Assembly: GCA_050173015.1 (NCBI GenBank)
Contig: JBFXLE010000011.1
Span: 1 to 64,000 of the forward strand
From: Calditrichaceae bacterium
Lineage (GTDB): Bacteria; Calditrichota; Calditrichia; Calditrichales; JBFXGD01
DNA: 64,000 nt
Direction: 5' to 3'
In this document: one piece after another, positions 55,955 to 64,000 of the stretch
Position numbering within the stretch: position 1 is the stretch's first letter
Layout: every line of letters begins with the position of its first letter
Notes under the pieces: model-generated
Database searches by the model: none
What the model was told of the DNA's origin: nothing
What the model saw: the letters and a program-made list of their open reading frames with translations, nothing else
Made by a program: the position numbers and the translations under genes

Positions 55955-58408
55955 TTACTTTATCAGCATCATTTTTCTAATCGAACTTTCGCGGTTATCA
56001 ACGGACAGTTTATAAAAATAAAGCCCGCTTGATAAATTTGAACCGTCAAATTTTACCTGATAGGTTCCGGTGGCCTGATTTCTATCGACCAGGCGCGCCA
56101 CAGTTTGACCAAGGATATTATAAACAAGCACACTTACATGGCCGGGTTTGGAGATAGAATATTTGATGGTCGTTTCCGGATTAAACGGATTCGGATAATT
56201 TTGATTTAATTTGAAATCCGCTATAATAAAGCCGTCATCATGAACCGCAGTGGGAATTCCAAATTCACTGGCGCCGATATCAATCCGGTTGCCGTAGATC
56301 CTGTCCACGCCATTTATCGCGTACTGATACAAATTTAAACCGGTTGTATCCGGGGTACCGGCATCGATGCACGCGGAACCCTCCGAAAGGTTGTATAGAA
56401 GGGAATCGGCGAATTCCGGGGCGACGTCCAGACAATTGGAATAAATCCCGCTGTACTCAATTCCGGCTCCGTCACCGCTGAAACCGGAGGAATCACCCTC
56501 GATGTCACAGTAATAAAAATCAGGATCACAGGTAGTTTCCAACCGGATCTGTGTGCTTTCATTGCCATAAATAATGTTATTGTACAACTCATTTACAGAA
56601 GTTGCCCGGAAACTAATTCCTCCGGATTGATTTTCTACTATCGTATTGTTAATAAAACGAGAATTGGACTGATAGCTGTATATACCATAACTGGAATTAT
56701 TGAAGATCAAATTGCTGACAAAATCCGCCTGATTGGAGTATCCGGTATAAACGCCGGATGATGAATTATTGAATATTTTATTGTTATAGATCCAGGGTTG
56801 AGAATCGCTCCCGCCAATCAACATACCGTAACCATAATTATCATGAATACCGCAGTTTTCGATCACAGGCGAACTATTATCAATATAAACGGCCGCATTG
56901 ATCCCGTGATTAAAACGAATATCTGAATGACGAATAAGCAATTTTGAAAATCCTGTGATGTAAAATGCCCCACCATCTTTGTTGATATTGTTGGGATCCC
57001 CGTAAGGATTTCCGTATTCTATAACGCAGTAGGAAAAAACCGATGTGTCGTTGGCCGCAGGAGTTTGATTAAATAAAATCCGGTTCCAGCCTTCTTGCTG
57101 ATCCGCGGCGGTGAACTTAATAGAATCACTCTCCGCGCCTTCCGCGATAAGAGTCCCCTGCACATCGATATAGAAAAATCCCTGGAATATTATTTCGACA
57201 CCGGGTTCGATAGTCAGTGTGGTCCCGTCTTTAATAATGATATTTCCATCGATCAGATAGGGTGAATTTTCTTTCCCCCACACCCCCGCAACGGTATCAG
57301 TTTTGACATAATATTCGTACGCGCCGATATCGATCAATCCATTGCTAAATCGTTGTTTACCGGATAGATCAAGAACAGGTAAGGAAGCGTCATAAATATC
57401 GTTATATCCCTTGTCCCGGCAGGGAGAAAGCTTCTGAAGGGCATAGGGGGCATCTCCGGTATTCATAAAGAGAGGATCACTATCAAGGCAATTGCTATAG
57501 ATTCCCGTAAATTCTGCGCCTGCGCCGTCTCCGTTAAAATATTCTTTTCCGCCCATGATATTGCAATTGTAAAAATTAGGATCACAGGTTGTTTCCAACT
57601 GAATTTGTGTCCCGGTATTAGCATAAATAGTATTATTGTACAAATTATTTACCGAATTCGCGCGGAAAAAAATTCCTCCGTTTTGATTTTCTACTATCGT
57701 ATTGTTAATAAAACGAGAATTGGACTGATAGCTGTATATACCATAATTGAAATTATTGAATATAAGATTATTGACAAAATCCGCCTGATTGGAGTATCCG
57801 GTATAAACGCCGGATGATGAATTGTTGAATATTTTATTATTAAAAATCCCGGGTTGAGAACCGCTCCCGCCAATCAACATACCGTAACCATAATTATCAT
57901 GAATACCGCAGTTTTCGATTACAGGCGAAGCGTTATCAATATAAACGGCCGCATTGGTGCCATGATTCTGACGAATATCGGAATGACGAATGCTCAGTTT
58001 TGAAAAGCCAGTGATGTAAAAAGCGCCGCCGTCCTGACTGTTTGAATAAGGTTTACCGTATTCAATAATACAGTAATCGAACAAGGAACTGTCATTCGTA
58101 GCGGGCGTCCCGGAGAAAAGAATCCGGTTCCACCCCTCCGTTATGTTGGATGCCGTAAACTTGATCGAGTCACCGGCGGTGCCCACTGCCTGAACGGAAC
58201 CCTTGACATCAATCATGTAAAATCCTTCTGCAATAACGGTTGTACCGGGATTGACCCGCAGATGAACACCGTCTTCAATTAAAATGTCACCTTTTACAAA
58301 AACCGTGTCCGCATCCCACGCTGAATCGGTTGAAATCGTTCCGGAAACATCGATAGATGAGGCCAGAGTAAAAGATGTCAGACATAATACCAGTAAAATT
58401 TTGTACAT
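55955..58408 (-). CDS. Secreted right-handed parallel beta-helix protein with two duplicated modules and a Por/T9SS-type C-terminal domain
   Basis: Signal peptide; Asn-rich beta-helix repeats; SPCRDKG...IDIGAYE module ends; LNQNYPNPFNPET...RKMMLIK. Confidence 0.88.
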   Translation of the reverse strand: MYKILLVLCLTSFTLASSIDVSGTISTDSAWDADTVFVKGDILIEDGVHLRVNPGTTVIAEGFYMIDVKGSVQAVGTAGDSIKFTASNITEGWNRILFSGTPATNDSSLFDYCIIEYGKPYSNSQDGGAFYITGFSKLSIRHSDIRQNHGTNAAVYIDNASPVIENCGIHDNYGYGMLIGGSGSQPGIFNNKIFNNSSSGVYTGYSNQADFVNNLIFNNFNYGIYSYQSNSRFINNTIVENQNGGIFFRANSVNNLYNNTIYANTGTQIQLETTCDPNFYNCNIMGGKEYFNGDGAGAEFTGIYSNCLDSDPLFMNTGDAPYALQKLSPCRDKGYNDIYDASLPVLDLSGKQRFSNGLIDIGAYEYYVKTDTVAGVWGKENSPYLIDGNIIIKDGTTLTIEPGVEIIFQGFFYIDVQGTLIAEGAESDSIKFTAADQQEGWNRILFNQTPAANDTSVFSYCVIEYGNPYGDPNNINKDGGAFYITGFSKLLIRHSDIRFNHGINAAVYIDNSSPVIENCGIHDNYGYGMLIGGSDSQPWIYNNKIFNNSSSGVYTGYSNQADFVSNLIFNNSSYGIYSYQSNSRFINNTIVENQSGGISFRATSVNELYNNIIYGNESTQIRLETTCDPDFYYCDIEGDSSGFSGDGAGIEYSGIYSNCLDVAPEFADSLLYNLSEGSACIDAGTPDTTGLNLYQYAINGVDRIYGNRIDIGASEFGIPTAVHDDGFIIADFKLNQNYPNPFNPETTIKYSISKPGHVSVLVYNILGQTVARLVDRNQATGTYQVKFDGSNLSSGLYFYKLSVDNRESSIRKMMLIK

Positions 58409-58835
58409 GCACTTCTCCTCGTGATTAAATAGTTCTGCCTTATTTATTTGTATGAATCTATATTAACGATACAACCTTGGTGTCTGGCGTTGATATTGCG
58501 CACGATTTCAATTCGGGTACTGATTTAATTAAATCGGGTTAGGGTCATAAACTTTTTTTTAAACTCGACTTTTAATGAATGAATCTTTAAAAAAAAAACA
58601 TATTAGTGAAAAAATGATCAATTGATGAGAAAAAATAGGATTGTGAAGTTTCGAAAGATGGATTGAAGGAGTGTCGATGATTGAAGAATTCGATCCGGCC
58701 ATACTGGTTGGGTAAATTTTCTGCTTTGTATTTAAGATGTGTAATAGTATATTTCTCAATAGCCTGCTATTTTTTCAATATGCTTATACTCAAAAGATAA
58801 AATAAATGAACAGCGCTTTTTAGTGAGGATAAAAA

Positions 58836-59291
58836 ATGAACTGTAATTTTAAGAAATTGCTTACAGGGAAAGCATTGCTGATTAGTCTGACGATATTCAT
58901 TTTAATAGTTTCCTGTGACAATGATTCTGCGGGGCCATGTGCGCATATCTATGAAGAGCCAATTCTCAGTGTGATTTCCGCTAGTGCTGTCGATACTCAG
59001 CAGGGAATTGACAGGATTGAGCTTAAATCAATAAAAATTGACGGCATAGACGCTGAACTCAATATTCTATTGGACCAGTCATCAAATATTAATCGGCTGG
59101 ACAGTACGCTGATCTGCAATATTCCCTGTGCCTTCGGCACTCAAACGGGGGAATACAGTTTTATGGTCTCCGCGGAAGGCTACAGGGATTCCCTCTATAC
59201 ACTGGATGTGCAATATAAGTACTCTGAGGGGGGCTGTCCATCCCGGTCATGGGGGAGTCAGGAGATGATGATAGAGTTAGCGCTTCAATAA
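58836..59291 (+). CDS. Hypothetical lipoprotein
   Basis: Basic N-terminus, hydrophobic stretch and lipobox LIVSC; additional Cys residues. Confidence 0.75.
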   Translation: MNCNFKKLLTGKALLISLTIFILIVSCDNDSAGPCAHIYEEPILSVISASAVDTQQGIDRIELKSIKIDGIDAELNILLDQSSNINRLDSTLICNIPCAFGTQTGEYSFMVSAEGYRDSLYTLDVQYKYSEGGCPSRSWGSQEMMIELALQ

Positions 59292-59341
59292 AAGGACATT
59301 GATATAATGAGATAAAATAAAATTCCATAAACATATTATGA

Positions 59342-59566
59342 TGGGTAAAATTCAATGTTAGCAAGGATGGTTTATTTGCGGGCGCGGCGCTTGGTCCTGG
59401 AATTGGCGGGCTTGTGGGATACATTATGGATTCAGATAGTGAGGACCCTTCTCCCATAGAAGTGCTCGTTGTGTTTCACTCTTTTGCGGGGGGTCTTTTA
59501 GGAGGGCTCATTGGTACTCCCATAGGTATTATCATCGGTAAACGAGACATCTATTATTTCAAATAG
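59342..59566 (+). pseudogene. Start-less glycine-zipper membrane protein fragment
   Basis: Open frame WVKFNVSKDGLFAGAALGPGIGGLVGYIM...GGLLGGLIGTPIGIIIGKRDIYYFK*, preceded by an in-frame TGA. Confidence 0.45.
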
Positions 59567-59772
59567 CAAAATCAACTGAAAACTCTGATTACAATAAACG
59601 ATGAATCATGAACTCCTTAAATCAGATGAAGATGGTTCAGATAAATTAAAAATGGGGAATTCACCGGAATTATAATAAAAGTCATGAAAAAAACATGACC
59701 CTTATCAGCAAGATATTATCCCGGTTTCTTCTCTCCTAAAAGACAGTGTGCAAGGCAGACCCGCCTCCCCGA

Positions 59773-60243
59773 TTATATCTCCGGTCCGAAAGATCCGGTC
59801 TGGATTTTGTACTTCTTCTCGATGTTTTTGTGATGATTAACCTCTTCTTCGGCCAGATTTTTAAAGAGGGTAATCAATTCTGTGTCTTTTGCCGCCTTGG
59901 ATGCAGCAACAAAGATCTGGTTCGCCCTGTATTCGCGTTTAAGCGCTAAATTTAGTATTTCTTCTATCGTCCAGTCCTCCTTGAAAGGCTCGTCCTGAAC
60001 ATCATGAGAAGATTTTCCACTTTGAAAAATGGTGTCATCCTTAACGACCACATCCAGATCGTACAAACCGGTTTCCTTTATATTATAAAGCATTTTTTCG
60101 TGCTCTTCTTCTTCCTTAACCAATTCTTTCAGAAATTTTTGGCTTTCGGGATCTTTAATGACTTTTAATCCTTTTCTGTAAAGATCCTGTGAATTGATCT
60201 CCTGCTGGATGGCTACATCGAGTAAATCTCTTAAGGTTTTCAT
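59773..60243 (-). CDS. Ferritin-like (rubrerythrin-type) di-iron protein
   Basis: AIQQEINSQDLY...EEEEH and ALKREY...EEVNH paired ExxH motifs. Confidence 0.88.
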   Translation of the reverse strand: MKTLRDLLDVAIQQEINSQDLYRKGLKVIKDPESQKFLKELVKEEEEHEKMLYNIKETGLYDLDVVVKDDTIFQSGKSSHDVQDEPFKEDWTIEEILNLALKREYRANQIFVAASKAAKDTELITLFKNLAEEEVNHHKNIEKKYKIQTGSFGPEI

Positions 60244-60264
60244 GACTTTTACCCCGTAATTTGA

Positions 60265-61293
60265 TTATTTTAAATTTTCCAGTGATTGAAATATTCGCTC
60301 ATGAATCGAATCCACAAGCGGGGATGAATCGAGCGCGACTTGTCGAATGCCCAGATATTCGGTTAACGGTTTGAGAAGTTGAAAAATTTCCGGTTTGACA
60401 GATTGAATTTCTTCAGGAATCCGCGTTCTTTTTTCAATCAGTTCCAGTATTTGTTTTGGTAAAATAGAAAAGTACTCGTCATCTTTAAATGTAAATGAAT
60501 CAATAAGCATCGAATTATGAGCATTCGCCAGGATGAAGATTTTTGTAAAGTAAGGCCGCTCGTCATCATCTTTAACAGGAATCGGTGAAAAAAAGTAGTC
60601 AAGAATCCATTTCTCATCGGTATGGTGAACAGAGTGTTTGAAGAGTGATAATCGGTCGAAATCGAGTTTAATTTCTGGAACCGGTAATTCGTCGGATTGG
60701 GGCACAGAAATCCAGCGGTCGATCCAATTCAGGTTGGTTTCATTTTTTACAGGCACTTTTACAAAATATTCATCTTCAAACGCAGAGAGAATCGCATCCA
60801 CGCCGTTTATATGATGAATAGCTATTTTTGCCGCCTGTGTGAGGCAAACAGTTATAAATTGCGCCTGTGATTCATTTTCCAGATACCAGGGATAATATCC
60901 CGGTAGATAATTTCTGAACAACGGCCACGCGTTTCTGCCCCTGAACTTTAACCCGAGTGAATTTATAATTTCTTTATCCGGGGCGGTGATCAGTTGGCTG
61001 TTTTCAAAAGAGGTCATAAGACATTTCTGGGAATAATAGAGGTCCCTAAAATATGAACCCCGGTTTTGTGAGAGATCTAAAAAACTTTTTAATCCTTCGA
61101 CTCCCGGATATACGGCAAGCGCGAAATGTTCACCTTTATTGCCAAGGATTGAGCAAAATCCAATCTGATGATCCAGGGGATTCTGAACACCAAAGATATG
61201 TTTTTCCGTAAACCACTTCCAGGGCGCGAGTTTTTTAAATTCCACAGCCGCCTGATATAATTTTTTCCAGATAATCAAATTAATACCGGGCAT
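60265..61293 (-). CDS. Conserved hypothetical protein
   Basis: 342-aa ORF (WKKLYQAAVEFKKLAPW...GLKFRGRNAWPLFR...PGYYPW); no function assigned. Confidence 0.75.
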   Translation of the reverse strand: MPGINLIIWKKLYQAAVEFKKLAPWKWFTEKHIFGVQNPLDHQIGFCSILGNKGEHFALAVYPGVEGLKSFLDLSQNRGSYFRDLYYSQKCLMTSFENSQLITAPDKEIINSLGLKFRGRNAWPLFRNYLPGYYPWYLENESQAQFITVCLTQAAKIAIHHINGVDAILSAFEDEYFVKVPVKNETNLNWIDRWISVPQSDELPVPEIKLDFDRLSLFKHSVHHTDEKWILDYFFSPIPVKDDDERPYFTKIFILANAHNSMLIDSFTFKDDEYFSILPKQILELIEKRTRIPEEIQSVKPEIFQLLKPLTEYLGIRQVALDSSPLVDSIHERIFQSLENLK

Positions 61294-61422
61294 AATACGA
61301 TCCTTTAAATTACCATAACAAATATATTTAATAATGAAATAAAGAGCAATTGCCGTTTTAATTGCGTAAAATAAAAAAAATACCTATAATTCTGGTTTGA
61401 ATAAACAAAAACGGAAGATGAT

Positions 61423-61971
61423 ATGAAAATATTAATCGGAGTAACTTCATCCATTGCCGCTTACAGAATTCCAAACCTTATTTCATCGTTAAAAAAGGAA
61501 GACCATGAGATCAAGGTGATAGTAAGCGAACACGCAAAAGCCTTTGTGGCGCCGCAGGCGATTGCCGTTATGAGTCAGAATCCATGTTTCACGGACCATG
61601 ATGAGTGGAATAACACCAATCGTGTACTGCATATTGAACTGGCGAAATGGTGTGATGTTTTTCTGATAGCGCCCCTCTCAGCAAACACTCTGGCAAAAAT
61701 ATCAAATGGTCTGTGTGATAATTTGCTGACTTCCGCGGTTAGGGCGTTGGGCGATAAAAAACTGGTCATCGCTCCGGCGATGAATACAAGAATGTGGGAA
61801 AACGGGTTCACAAAAATTCATATCGATCTGCTCGGGCGGATTTACAATTTGGATATCATCGAACCGGTAAGCAAACGACTTGCCGACGGTGACGAGGGCA
61901 TTGGCGGACTCGCGGAAGATGAAACAATCATTCAGGCGATTCGTTTATTGAGTAATTCAGCTAAACAGTAA
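61423..61971 (+). CDS. Stand-alone HFCD flavoprotein, phosphopantothenoylcysteine decarboxylase (CoaC)-like
   Basis: GVTSSIAAY, LHIELAKW, APLSANTLAK...DNLL and PAMNTRMW. Confidence 0.85.
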   Translation: MKILIGVTSSIAAYRIPNLISSLKKEDHEIKVIVSEHAKAFVAPQAIAVMSQNPCFTDHDEWNNTNRVLHIELAKWCDVFLIAPLSANTLAKISNGLCDNLLTSAVRALGDKKLVIAPAMNTRMWENGFTKIHIDLLGRIYNLDIIEPVSKRLADGDEGIGGLAEDETIIQAIRLLSNSAKQ

Positions 61972-62068
61972 ATTTTGCAAATCAATTGCATTTTGAGACT
62001 TCGAAATATTTGATTCTAAAATCGACTTTTATGGTCTAAAAGAAATCAGGAAATCAGAAAGGGTACAG

Positions 62069-63622
62069 ATGAGACCGGTTTGTTTAATTGTTAGAGACGG
62101 TTGGGGGTATAATGAAAATCCCAAAGGCAATGCGGTGATGGCCGCTCATACTCCCAACATTGATTCATATAAAAAGAATTATCCCTGGATGTTGATTAAA
62201 ACATCCGGCGAAGCGGTAGGGTTACCGGAAGGTTTTCAGGGTTCCAGTGAAGTCGGACATCTTAATATGGGCGCCGGGAGGATAGTTGTTCAGGAGCTAA
62301 AAAGAATCGACGAGGGATTTAGAGACGGTTCGATTTTCAGAACCGAAAAATGGACGGCGCTGATCGGGCAGTGGAAAGAGAATAAATCACAACTTCATTT
62401 AATGGGACTGCTGCAGGATGAAGGAGTCCATGCCCATATGGATCATCTATTTAAGATTATCCGGCAGGCCCGTAGTGAGTACGCGGAAGGGAAAATCGTT
62501 ATACATCCTTTTCTCGATGGCAGGGATACCCCGCCAAGAAGCACGCTCGAGTATATCGCCAAACTGAAATTGGTAATGCAGGAGGCGGGAGGCTGCAAAA
62601 TCGGTACCGTGATGGGACGATACTACAGTATGGACCGTTCCAGGGACTGGAAACTGACGGATAAAGCCTATAACTGTATTGTCAATCTCGATGGCCGCGG
62701 GACGGAGACGGCTGAAGACGCGGTGAGAGCCTCTTATGAAAATGATAAAACTCCGGATAATGTGGATATGTTTGATGAGTATATCCCACCTTATGTTGTC
62801 GCCGGATATGAAGGCGTGAAGGACGGAGATTGTGTTTTTCATACAAATTACCGTCAGGACCGCGCCATACAGCTTACCATGGCTTTCGTTGATGAGCGTT
62901 ATCCCGGGAAACTGCAAAAAAAGGTCCGTGTCCGTTATCTTGGATTTACCCGTTATTATGATGAGTTTAAGGAATATCTCATGGGAGCGATGGGATCCGG
63001 CGGGGCCATGAATAAACTTCTTGGGGAAGTGATTTCAGAAGCTGGTCTTAAACAGCTGCGCTTGTCCGAGACACAAAAATTTCGACATGTCACAAGCTTC
63101 TTTAACGGTAAGTTGACAACACCTTATCCGGATGAAGACCAGGTTGAGATTAAAAGCGATATTGATCCCGCGGCATTTGCAAGTCACCCGCAGATGGAAG
63201 CGGCTGCTATTACCGATGAGCTATTAAAAAGAGTTGAAAATAATCCATATGGTTTCATTCTGATCAATTATCCGAACGGCGATATGGTTGGCCATACAGG
63301 CGATTTTAACGCTGCAAAAAAAGCTGTTGAAATAGTAGATGAAAATATCGGTAAAGTAGTGAAAAGACTTCTGCAACTGGACGCCCATATTCTTATCACA
63401 GCCGATCACGGCAATTCGGAGCAGATGTTGGATTATGAAACCGGCATGATAAAAACAAGTCACACCACTTTTCCGGTGGAATTGATCTATATTGCCAAAG
63501 ACGCGAATGTGTGGAAGCTCAAGGATGACGGAAAACTCGCGGATATAGCGCCAACTATTTTGACGTTGCTTGGTCTACCGATCCCAAAAGAAATGACAGC
63601 AGACGTGTTGATAAAAAAATAG
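62069..63622 (+). CDS. gpmI: 2,3-bisphosphoglycerate-independent phosphoglycerate mutase
   Basis: DGWG, GSSEVGH, DGRD, GRYYSMDR, DMVGHTG, TADHGN and HT. Confidence 0.96.
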   Translation: MRPVCLIVRDGWGYNENPKGNAVMAAHTPNIDSYKKNYPWMLIKTSGEAVGLPEGFQGSSEVGHLNMGAGRIVVQELKRIDEGFRDGSIFRTEKWTALIGQWKENKSQLHLMGLLQDEGVHAHMDHLFKIIRQARSEYAEGKIVIHPFLDGRDTPPRSTLEYIAKLKLVMQEAGGCKIGTVMGRYYSMDRSRDWKLTDKAYNCIVNLDGRGTETAEDAVRASYENDKTPDNVDMFDEYIPPYVVAGYEGVKDGDCVFHTNYRQDRAIQLTMAFVDERYPGKLQKKVRVRYLGFTRYYDEFKEYLMGAMGSGGAMNKLLGEVISEAGLKQLRLSETQKFRHVTSFFNGKLTTPYPDEDQVEIKSDIDPAAFASHPQMEAAAITDELLKRVENNPYGFILINYPNGDMVGHTGDFNAAKKAVEIVDENIGKVVKRLLQLDAHILITADHGNSEQMLDYETGMIKTSHTTFPVELIYIAKDANVWKLKDDGKLADIAPTILTLLGLPIPKEMTADVLIKK

Positions 63623-63647
63623 CCCGGTCGATGGTTTGGGAAAAATT

Positions 63648-64000
63648 GTCCACTGATTTCACGGATTACACAGATTACTTAGAAAAAAAATATATCAATT
63701 TAATTCTAATCCGTGAAAATTAGTGAAATCCGTGGACCATCTTGAAAGGCCATCGAAAAAGAAACAAGCCCGCGAATTACACGAATTACCACTAAAATGA
63801 AAAAAAGTAATTATTAATTGGTGAAAATTAGTGAAATTAGTGGGCCATCTTAAAAAACCGCAAGAGAAGAAGAATTGTCCACAGATTGCACAGATTATTT
63901 AGAAAAATAACTATATAAATTTAATTCTAATCCGTGAAAATCGGTGAAATCCGTGGACCATCTTGAAAGGCCATCGAAAAAGAAACAAGCCCGCGAATTA
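63648..64000. repeat. Array of alternating imperfect palindromic elements (A 63648-63737, B 63768-63845, A' 63877-63958, B' from 63989, truncated), period about 221 bp
   Basis: Arms are built from 9-10 nt subunits (cacggatta / cacgaatta and their complements). The block from aatttaattctaatccgtg to gcccgcgaatta recurs almost identically 221 bp later. Confidence 0.9.

Noticed and set aside
55955-58408. Diversity-generating retroelement TR/VR pair
   Set aside because: Both copies are in-frame coding modules, I saw no adenine-specific pattern of differences, and there is no reverse transcriptase in the window.
61423-61971. UbiX flavin prenyltransferase partner for UbiD
   Set aside because: It has the CoaC-type PAMNxxMW and HIEL motifs and lacks the UbiX SGS and RETP motifs.
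3708-63463. Numerous short antisense or overlapping ORFs in the track
   Set aside because: They are shadows of well-supported genes, with no motifs or RBS.
63648-64000. CRISPR array
   Set aside because: Intervening sequences repeat rather than being unique, and the units are long imperfect palindromes.

Overview
Gene-dense bacterial chromosomal segment of moderate GC. It most resembles a Calditrichota/FCB-like lineage (inferred from PorX, Por/T9SS-type C-terminal domains and a Bacteroidota-like omega subunit). Most of the window is housekeeping (pckA, ychF, crcB, rlmB, porX-tsaE-tsaB-rimI-accD-surE-guaA-glmS, pgeF, ilvE, rpoZ, pcm, era, rsgA, gpmI). The main hidden feature is a minus-strand operon at 43893-47232. 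It encodes a TlpA thioredoxin, a DUF6029-like outer-membrane barrel whose only two Cys sit in a C-terminal CTGGIC loop, and a gene the ORF track splits at an in-frame TGA (45029-45031). Read through, that gene is a signal-peptide redoxin with a UxxC motif, a SECIS-like hairpin and a T9SS-type sorting domain, i.e. a probable exported selenoprotein at the end of a candidate trans-outer-membrane thiol/selenol relay. Also notable: a microcompartment satellite locus (mutase-EutN-DeoC with an encapsulation-peptide-like and CxxCxxCxxxC extension-nucleoside phosphorylase); an AT-rich type II R-M pair flanked by 21-bp and 7-bp repeat arrays; a CoaC-like flavoprotein lacking its catalytic Cys; and an array of palindromic elements running off the right end. 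No tRNA, rRNA, CRISPR array or transposase was recognised. All family assignments are from motif recognition, not database searches.
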